64,000 nucleotides of DNA, taken from the NCBI GenBank assembly GCA_963709585.1, contig CAVPXI010000023.1, forward strand, positions 197,310 through 261,309, written 5' to 3'. Below, piece by piece: positions 1 through 11,158 of this stretch. The translations under genes were made by a program, and so were the position numbers. The DNA comes from Candidatus Dormiibacterota bacterium. Its GTDB lineage: Bacteria > Chloroflexota > Dormibacteria > Aeolococcales > Aeolococcaceae. Each line of letters starts with the position of its first letter. Position 1 is the stretch's first letter. Below the pieces are notes generated by a model, which made no database searches, was not told the origin of the DNA, and worked only from the letters and a program-made list of their open reading frames with translations.

Positions 1-1
1 C

Positions 2-3000
2 TACGGCGGAGTGGTGGAGAAGTTCATCGGGGACGCCGTGATGGCCGTGTGGGGCGCGCCCGCTGCCCACGAAGACGATGCCGAGCGGGCCGTACGCGCT
101 GCGTTGGATCTGATCGAGGCGGTATCCGCGCTCGGTGGCGAGATCGGGGAGCTTGGGTTGCAGGCCCGGGCCGGGGTACTCACCGGCTCGGCCGCGGTCA
201 CGGTTGGCGCGGACACCCAGGGCATGGTCGCCGGCGACCTGGTCAACACTGCGTCGCGTATCCAAGCCGAGGCTAAGCCGGGCACGGTCCTCGTCGGCGA
301 CGCCACCCGAGGGGCGACTGAAGCGGCCGTGGTGTACGAGGACACCGGCGAGCATTCGCTCAGAGGGAAGGCTGAGCCGATACGCCTGTGGCGAGCGCGT
401 CGTGTCGTGGCCATGCGTGGTGGCGCGCAGAAATCTGAGGGGCTCGAGGCGCCGTTCGTGGGTCGCGACCGCGAGCTGCGCCTCATCAAGGATCTCTTCC
501 ACGCCAGTGCGGAACAACACAAAGCCCACCTCGTCTCCGTTGTGGGAATCGCGGGGATCGGCAAGTCGCGGCTCTGCTGGGAGTTCTTCAAGTACATCGA
601 CGGCATCGCTGAAGGAGTCTTTACGCATCGTGGCCGCTGCCTCGCCTACGGCGAGGGCGTGACGTATTGGGCACTGGCGGAGATGGTCCGGATGCGCGCA
701 CGAATCACAGAGGCAGAGGACCCCGCCTCTGCGCTTGCGAAGCTGCAAGCCTGCGTTGCCGAGTTTGTGCCCGATCCAGATGAGCGGCGCTGGGTGGAGC
801 CGCGGTTGGCTCAACTCCTGGCTCTCGAGGAGCGCGCTCCCCAGGAACGCGAAGACCTCTTCAGCGCCTGGCGACTTTTCTTCGAACGACTCGCTGACAG
901 GGAGCCGACGGTGCTGGTATTCGAGGACATGCAGTGGGCGGACACCTCGCTGCTCGAGTTCATCGAATACCTGCTGGAGTGGTCCCGTAACCACGCGCTC
1001 TTCGTGGTGACCGCTGCTCGGCCGGAGCTGGTCGATCGGCACCCGACCTGGGGAGCGGGCAAGCGCAACTTCACCGCGGTCTTCCTCGAGCCTCTCGCGG
1101 CGACCGCGATGGAACAGCTGCTCGACGGGCTGGTGCCTGGATTGCCCGACGAGCTCCGGGAGCAGATCCTGCAACGGGCGGAAGGGGTCCCTCTGTACGC
1201 AGTGGAAACGGTGCGCATGCTGCTCGATCGCGGCCTGCTCGAGCGCGCCGGAAGCGTGTATCGGCTGACGGGGGCCGTCGAGGACCTGGAGGTACCCCAA
1301 ACGCACGGAACTCATTGCAGCTCGCCTTGACGGACTGCGTCCGGAGGCGCGGCGGGTGCTCCAGGACGCGGCTGTTCTCGGCAAGACCTTCACGTTGAAC
1401 TCGTTGGCCGCCGTGACTGGGCTGCCGCCGGTGGACCTCCAGGCGATGCTCACCGAGCTGGTGCGCAAGGAGGTGCTCTCAGTGCAGGCGGATCCACGCT
1501 CGCCGGAGCGGGGCCAATACGGGTTCCTGCAGGACCTGGTCAAACGGGTGGCCTACGAGACGCTCTCCAAGCGGGATCGGAAAGAAAGGCATCTCGCCGT
1601 GGCTGCCTGGTACGAGAACTCCTGGGGCGGCGAGGAGAGCGACGTCGTCGAGGTGGTCGCTGCGCACTACCTCGAGGCGTACAACCTCGCTCCGCAGGAT
1701 CCCGATGCCGACCGGGTGAAGGACCGCGCCGCGGACGTGCTCTTCCAAGCTGGCGAGCGCGCAGCGTCCCTGGCTGCAAACTCGGAGGCAGAGCGCTACT
1801 TCGAGCAAGCAGCCCGCCTGGTGCCGGACTCGGCACGGCAGGCCGAGATGCACGAACGCGCTGGTCAGATGGCGGCGCGCTCAGGCCGCAACGCGGTTGC
1901 CATCTCGCACCTGGAACGAGCCATCACGCTGTACGAGAGCGAGAACCTGCCCCACCCGGCGGCACGCGCGCTGTCTCGTTTGGGTCTGGTGGAGGCCGTG
2001 AGCGGGCAGTTGGACCGATCGGTGCAGCGGATGGAGCGCGCGTTCGCGGTTCTGGCCAACGACCCGCCGGATGAGGATCTTGCCACGCTCGCGGTCCGGC
2101 TCGGATCGGTGCTGTATTTCAATGGCGATACCGATACCGCGAGCAAGCGTATCGAGGCCGCGCTCGACATCGCCGAGAAGCTGGGGTTACCCGAGGTCCT
2201 CTCCCAAGCCTTGAACGTTAAGGCCATTCTCGCTATGCAACGCCGGCACGGCGAGGAGGCGATGGCTCTCTTCGCTCATGCGTTGAAGCTTGGGCTGGAC
2301 AATGACCTGCCCACAGCCACGATTCGCGCTCATTTCAATCTCGCAGACCTGCTGTGCCAGCGGGACCGCTACGTTGAGGCCCTCGATCATTATCGCAGCG
2401 CGCTTGCCCTGTCGAGGAAGATCGGAGACAGATCATTCGAGCGCGGCACGATCTGCGACCTTGCGCTGAACCTCGTACGAGTGGGCGAATGGGATGAGGC
2501 CGCCGAATTTGCCGCAACCATCGCCGAAGAGGACATGCGCAGCGCGCCGACGGACGTCATCTCGCTACTTGTTGTCGGTGAGATGTACGCCGATCGGGGC
2601 CAGATTGTGGAGGTCGAGAACCTTCTGTCCTGGACCGCGCAACTTGCGTCGTCAGATGATTGGCAGGCGCGCACTTCTTTCGTCTCAGGTCGCGCGTGCC
2701 TCCTGCGTGCCCAGGGCAGATACCGCGAGGCGCTCGCGGAGGCCGAGGAGGCGATCAAGGTGGCTGTCGAATTCGGCGGGGTGGGACATCAGGCCGTCAA
2801 GGCCGGATTTCGGACGGCGTGCAACTCTGCGTTCGCCCTGGGCGACACAGCAAAGATGGATGAACTCCTCGCCTTCGTCGACCGTCTTGGTCCAGGCGAA
2901 CGGCCACCGTATCTGCATGCTCAAGCGACGCGGTTTCACGCCCGACTAGGCGACACGGAAGCCATTGAACCGTCGTTCATCGAGGCCGAGGAGAGCTTCG

Positions 3001-3191
3001 CTGAGCTGGGGATGCCTTTTTGGCTCGCGGTAGTTCGATTTGAGCACGCGGAATGGCTCTCGACAAATGGCAGGCAGGCTGAGGCCACCCCGATGATGAC
3101 CCTTGCGACGCAAGAGTTCGAGCGCCTTGAGGCGCGCCCGTGGCTCGACCGCGCGAGGCAATCAGCCCCTGGGGCGGTCACGGTTTCTTGA
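2..3191 (+). CDS. Class III adenylate/guanylate cyclase - STAND (AAA_16) ATPase - TPR protein, copy 1 (5' truncated by window; 1-nt frameshift ~1305)
   Basis: Cyclase motifs YGGVVEKFIGDAVMAVWG and GDLVNTASR; Walker A GIAGIGKSRL; Walker B VFEDMQWAD. ORFs 11..1330 and 1356..3191 join (EVPQT/LIAARLDGL), colinear with the paralog at 6053. Helical TPR-like C-terminus. Confidence 0.9.
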
Positions 3192-3251
3192 TTGCCGGCT
3201 GTCATGCGTTCCCCTTCGGGAGAGCCGCCAATACTGACTGGCGGCGGCGGC

Positions 3252-5027
3252 TCACTCCGCGGTGGGCTGACCGAACGCCAGCGAGGCCGACGGATGTGTC
3301 CGCGCCAGCCGCGCCTGTGCCCTGCCCAGCGCTGAGGGTGACAGGGAGGCGACGGTCATCGCTTCGACAAAGTCGGATCCGTTGATACGGTAGAGCGTGC
3401 AGGGCGCAATCGCTTTCACAGTCGCCGTGCGCGGACGGTGCCCGAGCAGACCGATCTCACCGAAGTAGTTGGGTGGTCCCAACACGCCGAGCGTATGTTC
3501 CGCGCCGGCCTCGCCGGCCGCGAGCACCTCGACCTCGCCGGCTGTGAGCACGAAGAAGTCATCGGCCTCGGCGCCCTCGCGAATCAGCACCGCGCCAGCT
3601 TCGACCGTCTCCTCGACTGCTGATCTCGCCAGGCGCTCCAATGCCGCTCGGGTCGCGCCGGCGAAGATGTCGAGGCTCTGCAGGGCCGTGACACGTGGCT
3701 CGATCGCGGCCAGTTCGCGCTGCGCTCTTGTGTCGAGTGCCCGGATCCATGGATACGCAGCAACACTCAACGCCGGAATCGCCAATCCCATGATCAAGAG
3801 CGTCGTGTTCAGCCCGAGGCTGCCGAGGAGGATGGGCATGAGCAATGCGCCCAGCGAGATTGCCGCCAGCACGAGGGCGAAGAAAACCCCGAAGACTCGC
3901 GCGACGACGTCCGGACTCACGAGCCGCTGCAATGCCGTGATCGCCAGCACGTCGACGATGATCGTCCCCCCACCTCGGACCACCTCCAGGAGAAATGCGA
4001 TCCATGGTGAATGCACGATCGTCAGGAGCGCAGTTGGCAGGCAAAACACCGCCATCCCGATGACGATGATCGCTCCGAGGCGACGGGCAGCGGCGATGCG
4101 ATTCATGAATCCTGCCATCACGATGCCGCCGACGCCGAGCGCCGCGAGCAGGTATCCGTAGCCGGTGCTGCCGGTGCCGAGCTGGTCCTTGCTCACCACG
4201 ACGAAGAGCACCGTGTCAGTCCCGTACACGAAGCTCGCGAGGATGCTGAAACCGGCGAGCAGGGTCACGCTGGGGGACGAAACGAAGGCGCGCATCCCGG
4301 CCGCCATCTGCTTGAGTGGCCCGACCGCCCCGCCCTCGGTGATGTCCGACGGACGGCTGCGTATGCGCATGCGGCTCACCACCAGCGCGGAGAACCCGAA
4401 GGTGGCCGCATTGATGGCGAACACCACGGCCGGCGGACTGAACAGCAGCAACACGCCCGCGATTGCCGGGCCGACGATGATGGAGAGGTTCTCCACGGCA
4501 GACTGCGCGCTGTTGGCGGCGGCGAGATGTTCCTCCCCGACGACTGCTGGAGTGGTCGCGCGTGCCGCTGGGTCGTATGAGGACGTGCTCACCGACGTCA
4601 GAGCGGCAACCGCAATCGCGAGGAGGACGGGCCCATTCAGCGCCGCAACCACGGCCAGAGCCGTCTGGAAGCAGAGCGCGAGCGTATCGAGAGTCACCAT
4701 GAGACGCACGCGTTCCATGCGGTCAGCGACCAGCCCACCGATGGGACTGGTGACGAGTGCGGTGAGAAAGCGCGTCATTGAGGCCGCGGCAACCCACGCA
4801 GGGGAGTGGGTGGCGTTGAAGACGAACACGACCAGGGCGACGTTGTATGCCCACGATCCGCTCATCGAGATGGTGAGCCCGCTGAAGAGTAGGCGGTAGT
4901 CGCGGTTGGCGAACAGCGAGCGATACCCAACTCGCGGTGTCCTCTCGCCGAGCGTGCGTCCGGTGAGCCGCGCAACCACACGGCGCCTGATCGAGGGCGG
5001 CTTCGGCTCCGTGGCGAGTTCCGTCAT
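3252..5027 (-). CDS. MFS transporter fused to a C-terminal cyclic-nucleotide-binding domain
   Basis: About 12 hydrophobic segments, MFS motif A GGLVADRMERVR; C-terminal LIREGAEADDFFVLTAGEVEV and phosphate-binding cassette FGEIGLLGHRPRTATVKA. Confidence 0.9.
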   Translation of the reverse strand: MTELATEPKPPSIRRRVVARLTGRTLGERTPRVGYRSLFANRDYRLLFSGLTISMSGSWAYNVALVVFVFNATHSPAWVAAASMTRFLTALVTSPIGGLVADRMERVRLMVTLDTLALCFQTALAVVAALNGPVLLAIAVAALTSVSTSSYDPAARATTPAVVGEEHLAAANSAQSAVENLSIIVGPAIAGVLLLFSPPAVVFAINAATFGFSALVVSRMRIRSRPSDITEGGAVGPLKQMAAGMRAFVSSPSVTLLAGFSILASFVYGTDTVLFVVVSKDQLGTGSTGYGYLLAALGVGGIVMAGFMNRIAAARRLGAIIVIGMAVFCLPTALLTIVHSPWIAFLLEVVRGGGTIIVDVLAITALQRLVSPDVVARVFGVFFALVLAAISLGALLMPILLGSLGLNTTLLIMGLAIPALSVAAYPWIRALDTRAQRELAAIEPRVTALQSLDIFAGATRAALERLARSAVEETVEAGAVLIREGAEADDFFVLTAGEVEVLAAGEAGAEHTLGVLGPPNYFGEIGLLGHRPRTATVKAIAPCTLYRINGSDFVEAMTVASLSPSALGRAQARLARTHPSASLAFGQPTAE

Positions 5028-5110
5028 CGGATGTCGCCGGGCTCCTTGATACCACCGATGGCGGTGCGATTCACCCGCGGAAGCGTACTCGCCGCGATAC
5101 TGTCCGCACC

Positions 5111-5998
5111 ATGCGGTTGCGTCTCTGCGGTACGCGAGGGTCCACGCCGGCGCCTGGCATCGATTTCGCCCGTTATGGTGGCCAGACGTCGTGCGTGGCT
5201 GTCATCACGGATGACGGTGAGTGCCGGCTCATCCTCGACGCAGGCACCGGCCTGCGCCGACTGCCGGCCGCGTTGCACGGCAAGCCGTTCACAGGCAGCA
5301 TGCTGCTCACCCATCTGCACTGGGACCATACGCATGGGTTGCCCTTCTGCCCCTCGGTCGACAACCCGGACGCGCACACAACGCTGTACATCCCGGAGCA
5401 GCCGGGTGGTGACGCCGAGGAGATCCTTGCCCGGGCGATGTCGCCACCGCATTTCCCCATACGCCCTCGCGAGATGCGCGGATCCTGGGAGTTCAAGCAT
5501 CTCGCGCCCGGCGAACATCGCATCGAGGGCTTCGATGTCCTCGCGCTGGAGATTCCACACAAAGGGGGGCGAACGTTCGGATACCGGGTTTCTGACGGTC
5601 GGAGTGCCTTCGCCTACATGCCGGACCACGCGCCGGCCTCGCTCGGTCCCGGGCCTGAGCAGTTCGGGCCGTATCACGAGACGGCAGTGCGCTTGACGCT
5701 AGGCGTCGACATGCTACTGCACGATTCGCAATATACGAGCGAAGAATTCCCCGCGCGGGCGCATTTCGGCCACTCCAGCATCGATTACGCCGTGGGGCTT
5801 GCCGTACACGCTGGAGCGCGGCGCTTGGTGCTCTTCCATCACGACCCCTGGCGATCGGACGAGCAACTCGATAGCATCGTCACCCGCTGGTCCGACGCCT
5901 CGCTGCCGGTCACTGCGGCGATCGAGTGGGACATTCTTGACGTCGGCGTTGCCTCCGATGCGCGGCCCCGAGAGGCGCCTGACCGGTCGTCGGCATAA
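5111..5998 (+). CDS. MBL-fold metallo-hydrolase, RNase Z/ElaC-like branch (putative phosphodiesterase)
   Basis: N-terminal CGTRGSTPAPG, LILDAGTG, THLHWDHTHG (HxHxDH), HDSQY, FGHSS, LFHHDP. Confidence 0.85.
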   Translation: MRLRLCGTRGSTPAPGIDFARYGGQTSCVAVITDDGECRLILDAGTGLRRLPAALHGKPFTGSMLLTHLHWDHTHGLPFCPSVDNPDAHTTLYIPEQPGGDAEEILARAMSPPHFPIRPREMRGSWEFKHLAPGEHRIEGFDVLALEIPHKGGRTFGYRVSDGRSAFAYMPDHAPASLGPGPEQFGPYHETAVRLTLGVDMLLHDSQYTSEEFPARAHFGHSSIDYAVGLAVHAGARRLVLFHHDPWRSDEQLDSIVTRWSDASLPVTAAIEWDILDVGVASDARPREAPDRSSA

Positions 5999-6052
5999 GG
6001 CGGGGATCGCCCTGGTTGAGTGCAGCCCGCTGAGAAACGTACCCTTGGCGGC

Positions 6053-9000
6053 GTGATCTGCCCGGCCTGTGGCGCTGAGAATCGGCCCGGCATGCGCTTC
6101 TGCGGCCAGTGCGGGGGCTCGCTGGCGATCCTCTGTCGAGGGTGCGGAGCAACCAACGACGCCAATCAGCTGTTTTGCGGCCAGTGTGGGGCGAAGCTCG
6201 CAGCGGATCCGGCTGCGAGCAATCCATCGCTGAACACACCCGCGACGAGCAGCCGTCCAGCGGGCGAGCCGTCGCGGCCGGCCTCGGAGCGGCGTCACAT
6301 CACCGTGCTCTTCGCGGACCTGGTCGGCTTCACATCGCTGTCAGAGCAACGCGATGCGGAGGATGTCCGCGAGCTGTTGAGTGACTACTTCGCACTGGCG
6401 CGAACGGTCATCGGTCGCTACGGCGGGCGTATCGAGAAGTTCATCGGCGATGCGGTGATGGCCGTGTGGGGCGTCCCGGCCATCCAGGAGAACGACGCAG
6501 AGCGTGCGGTACGAGCAGCCCTCGAGCTCGTGGACGAGGTATCCGCATTCGGTGAGCGGGCGGGGATACCCGGGCTCCGCGCCCGGGCAGGCGTACTCAC
6601 CGGCGAAGCTGCGGTCAACCTCGACGCCGACGACGAGGCCATGGTCGCGGGCGACCTCGTCAACACCGCGAGCAGAGTGCAGTCGGTTGCCGAGCCGGGC
6701 ATCGTCTTTGTCGGCGACAGCACTCGGAGCGCGAGCGAGGCCGCCATCGAGTATGTGGACGCGGGGAGCCATCAGCTCAAGGGCAAACCTGACCCGATGC
6801 GACTCTGGCGCGCGGCTCGGGTGATCGCGGGGGCGGGTGGGGCGCTGCGTCCCACCGGTCTCGAGCCGCCCTTTGTTGGGCGGGAGCGAGAGCTGCGGCT
6901 GCTCAAAGAGTTCCTCCACGCCACGTCAGCGGAGGGTAGGGCACGGCTGCTCTCGGTGGTTGGCCTCGCAGGGGTGGGCAAGTCAAGGCTGGCCTGGGAG
7001 TTTTTCAAGTACATCGACGGGCTCACCGAGACCATCTGGTATCAACGCGGCCGGTGCCTGGCCTACGGCGAAGGTGTGGCGTTCTGGGCGCTGACCGAGA
7101 TGGTCCGGATGAGAACCGGGATTGTGGAGAACGAGCCGCCGGACACGGCGAAACAGAAATTGCGTCTGAGCGTCGAGGAGTTCATTCACGACGAGGAGGA
7201 GCGCGCCTGGGTGGAGCCACGTGTGGCCCATCTTCTCGGGCTCGAGGAGCGCGCCGGCGCCGACCCCCGGGATCTGTACGCGGCCTGGCGGGTCTTCTTT
7301 GAGCGTATGGCGGCGCAGCACACGACGCTGCTCATCTTCGAGGACCTGCAGTGGGCGGACAGCGGACTCCTCGACTTCATCGAGTACCTGCTCGAATGGT
7401 CGCGCAGTTCGCCGATCATGGTGGTCGCCCTCGCTCGTCCCGAACTCGGTGAACGGCGTCCGGGGTGGGGTACCGGCAAGCGAGGCCTCACGTCGCTCTT
7501 TCTCGAACCACTATCGCCTGATGCGATGGGGCAGCTGCTCACAGGCCTGGTGCCAGGTCTGCCTCAGGATCTGCGCGCGCTCATCCTCGATCGGGCCGCC
7601 GGCGTCCCCCTGTATGCGGTTGAGACAGTGCGTATGCTCATCGACCGGGGGCTGCTCGTCGAGGATGGCGGCACGTACCGCGCCAAGGGGTCGTTGGAGG
7701 CGCTCGAGGTTCCTGAGAGCCTCCATGCGCTGATCGCAGCGCGCCACGACAGCCTCGCGCCGAGTGAGCGATCGTTGTTGCAGGACGCGGCGGTCCTGGG
7801 CAAGTCGTTCACCGTCGCCGCGCTCAGCGCGGTGACCAACATCCCGGAATCCGACGTCGAGGCGGTGCTCACCTCGCTGGTTGGCAAGGACCTGCTCGCG
7901 ATACAGGCGGACCCGCGCTCGCCCGAGCGCGGCCAGTACGTCTTCGTCCAGGACCTGATCCGCAGCGTCGCCCATGGGACGCTGGCGCGGCGCGAGCGCA
8001 AGTTGCGTCACCTGTCGGCGGCGACGTACCTGGCCGGCTCCCGGATTGACGAGGAGGAGATTGCCGAGGTCGTCGCGGCCCATCTCGTCGAGGCGTACGA
8101 CGCCGAACCCGCTGCAGCCGACGCTCCAGAGATTCGCGATCGGGCGCGGCTTGCGCTCGTGCGCGCCGCGGAGCACGCAGACTCGCTCGGCGGCGCTGCG
8201 TCGGCTCAGCGCTATTACGAGCATGCGCTCGAGCTCAGCGGCGATGATGAGACGCGAGCCGACCTCAATCAGAAGGCTGGACTAGCTGCCCGGTTGCAGG
8301 GCCACGGAACGCAGGCGAGAGCGCATTTCGAAACGGCGCAGGATCTGTACGCCGCGACAGGGCGGCCGCTTGGCCGGGCGACGGCGCTCAGCGAGCTCGG
8401 TAAGTGCGACTACGACGATGGCAACCTCGTCGGCGCGTTACAACGCTCGCAGGACGCGCTGGCCGCCATCCCCGAGAGCGGGACCGGTGCAGAGCATCAG
8501 GCGACGCTGGCGTACATCGAGGCAAGGCTCGCGAGGTTCATGTACTTCAGCAGCGATTACGTCTCGGCCCTCCCATACGTCGAGCACGCGCTGCAGGTTG
8601 CCGAGACCGAAGGCTTGTTGGATGTGTTCTGTCTGGCCCTCGATACCAAGGGCGCAATTCTCGCTGCGCGCGGACGTCGCGCCGAGGCTGACGTGCTCAT
8701 CCGCGGGGCACTCGCCGTCGCACTCGAACACGATCTCACCGAGCGCGCCTGCTCGTCGTGCGCCAATCTGGCCTCGACCCTCGAGGAGGAAGACCGGATC
8801 GAGCCTGCACTCGAGATGTACGAGCAGGCCGAGGTGCTCATGCAGCGGCTGGGAGATCGTCCTAATGCTGTCGGCGCCAGGCTGAACCGCGTCCAGGGGC
8901 TTCTCGAGCTCGGCCGATGGGATGAGGTAGAGGCGATGTTCGCCGATTATCTCGAGGCCGACGCTGATGAGCTCGGATCTCGCCTGTGGCCGGGCGCGGT

Positions 9001-9650
9001 CGCGGCCAACGCCACTTGGCTGTTCGTTTACCGCGGCGACGCAGCAGCCGGGCGCCGCCTGGTCGAGCAAAGCGCGCCCCTGGTCGCACATTCGCAGCTG
9101 GAGATCCGCGCCCAGCATGATGCCGCTCGCGCCGCGGTCGCGAACGCCGACGGTGATCACGTCCTGGCGCTTGCGACGGCGGAGTCAACGCTTCGAGCCT
9201 GTATCGATGAGTCCTTCCCGGTGGGGATGAGGTTAGCTCTCATCGAGGCGGTGGAGGCGGCCTTCTTGCTCGGCCAGGCTTCCAAGGTCGTGGAGTTGCT
9301 GCAGCTGGTGCGAGACAACTTTCGGCCCGGACGCCAGCCGTCGGTTGACGCGCATATTCTCCGATGGGAGGCGCGCATGGCAGCCGCGCTCGATGACAAT
9401 GACCGGGCCGGCGGCAAGTTCACCGCCGCGATCGACAAGCTTCGCCCGGTTGCAGCGTCCTTTCTGGCTTGCGGTAACCCGCTGCGAACTTGGAGAGTGG
9501 TTGGTTGCTCAGGGTCGCCAAGCAGACGCCCAGGAGCAGTTGGCCTCTGCTCGCGCAACGTTCGAGCAGCTGCGTGCAATCCCCTGGGTGCAACGAGCGC
9601 GCATCGCGGGGCAGCGGGTGGGGACAGAACCGGCGAGTCTGGCTCAATAG
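6053..9650 (+). CDS. Double zinc ribbon - class III cyclase - STAND ATPase - TPR protein, copy 2 (1-nt frameshift ~9438)
   Basis: GTG start MICPACG; four CxxCG knuckles; TVLFADLVGFT, EKFIGDAVM, GDLVNTASR; GLAGVGKSRL; IFEDLQWAD. The C-terminus continues in the alternate frame (FARLQRPFWLAVTRCELGEWL, stop 9650), matching the end of copy 1. Confidence 0.9.
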
Positions 9651-9655
9651 CACGA

Positions 9656-10432
9656 TCACGCCGCCTTGATCGCGTAGCCGATGTACGAAACGCGCAGGTC
9701 CCTGGTCACGACGAAACGCGCTCGCTGACCCAGCTCTCCATATGAGATCCGACCTCTGCGGGCCTGCAGAAGCATGCGGATCAGCTGAGGTGGTTTCACA
9801 CCGGGGGCGATGCCGGTCATGTCGCGGCCCTCGAGGCCGTGGCGGCGGAGTATCCCGCTGAGCTCATCCGGGGTGATGAACTGCTCCCAGGCATGGAGGT
9901 TGGGTGGCATCAACCGCGTGAGACGCCAATCCTGGAAGAGCGTGATCATCACCAACTTGCTCGTGCGCGTCCGGTTGATGGTGTCGAACAGGTAGACACC
10001 GCCGGGCCGGAGCACGCGAGCGGTTTCGCTGATGACCGCGTCGAGGTCATCGACGTGCTCGAGCACGTCAACGCAGCAGGCGATGTCCACGCTCGCCCCG
10101 TCGAGCGGAAGATGCTCCCCTGATCCTACGCGATAGTCGATGTGCAGGCCGGCCGCTGCAGCGTGCGAACGCGCCGTGGCGAGCGACGCGGCGGACGGAT
10201 CAACCCCGATGACCTGTGCGCCGAGCCGAGCGAGCTCCTCGGCAAACAGGCCGCCACCACAGCCGATGTCCACCACGGTCTTACCGCTTGGGTCCACGCC
10301 GCGATCGCGAAGCACTCGGGTGAAATAGCCGAGCCTTGCCGGGTTGATCGCAGTCCGGATTGCGTTCAAGGGCTGGTGTTCGTCCCACCAGATGTCGCCG
10401 GACCGGTTGTAGATCTCGTTGTCCACCGGCAT
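9656..10432 (-). CDS. UbiG-like class I SAM-dependent O-methyltransferase
   Basis: MPVDNEIY..WWD, INPARLGY, VDIGCGGG SAM motif, DVLEHV, LRPGG, TINRT. Start placed at ATG 10432 within the longer ORF. Confidence 0.85.
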   Translation of the reverse strand: MPVDNEIYNRSGDIWWDEHQPLNAIRTAINPARLGYFTRVLRDRGVDPSGKTVVDIGCGGGLFAEELARLGAQVIGVDPSAASLATARSHAAAAGLHIDYRVGSGEHLPLDGASVDIACCVDVLEHVDDLDAVISETARVLRPGGVYLFDTINRTRTSKLVMITLFQDWRLTRLMPPNLHAWEQFITPDELSGILRRHGLEGRDMTGIAPGVKPPQLIRMLLQARRGRISYGELGQRARFVVTRDLRVSYIGYAIKAA

Positions 10433-10446
10433 GGTGTGGGGGCTGC

Positions 10447-11145
10447 CTACCGCAGCGGCTCGACAACGGACAGATCGTGGGCGAGGACGATGCGTCGCGG
10501 GTCGAACTGCAACATCCGATCCATCCAGGCGCAATGCGGTGGAATCTCCGCGTCGTCGCTGTCTCGGTGCGCCACTGCAGCGCGCAAGTCGGCGGCGAAC
10601 TCGGTCGCGGTATCGTGCGCTTGACCCGCGAGGACGACGGTGCCGTCGTCGCAACGCACGACAACCGACTGATGCCCCGGCGTGTGTCCTGGCGTCGGGA
10701 GGATCCACAACCCTGGCAGGAGCTCGAGTTCGCCGTCGATGACCTGGTAGTCGGCGTCAGCGAAGTCGACCGCCTCGGAGATGGTGTACCCGGGTTCACG
10801 CGCGCTCGCCAGCTCCGTCGCTTGCACGACGATGGGACGCCCGGCGAACGCCGGATTACCGCCGCAGTGGTCGAAATGCAGGTGACAGTTGATGATCCAG
10901 CGCACGTCCTCCACTGCCGACCCCACACCGCGCAGCGCCTCTGCGAGGGGTCGCCGCCGCGGACGGTAGTGCGCCTCGGTTTCAGCGTCGGCGACGCCGA
11001 GGCCGGTATCGAACAGAACGAACCCAGCGGGATGGGCGATCAGGTAGCCGAGGAGGGATTCCACGCGCGTTTCGCCGGTCAGGGTTTCCGACGCCGGCCG
11101 GATGAAGTACCCGAAGTCGACCCGCCGGATCTCGTCGATGATCAC
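10447..11145 (-). CDS. N-acyl homoserine lactonase-like MBL-fold hydrolase
   Basis: VLFDTG, CHLHFDHCGGN, PTPGHTPGHQS, C-terminal AHD. Confidence 0.8.
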   Translation of the reverse strand: MIIDEIRRVDFGYFIRPASETLTGETRVESLLGYLIAHPAGFVLFDTGLGVADAETEAHYRPRRRPLAEALRGVGSAVEDVRWIINCHLHFDHCGGNPAFAGRPIVVQATELASAREPGYTISEAVDFADADYQVIDGELELLPGLWILPTPGHTPGHQSVVVRCDDGTVVLAGQAHDTATEFAADLRAAVAHRDSDDAEIPPHCAWMDRMLQFDPRRIVLAHDLSVVEPLR

Positions 11146-11158
11146 AGTGGTGTCGGGG

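Noticed and set aside
2-9650. Calling the cyclase locus Pycsar, CBASS or Avs
   Set aside because: The architecture differs (cyclase fused to STAND-TPR, 12-TM MFS effector, no nuclease/TIR), and such cyclases are commonly expanded in soil bacteria. A defence role is unproven.
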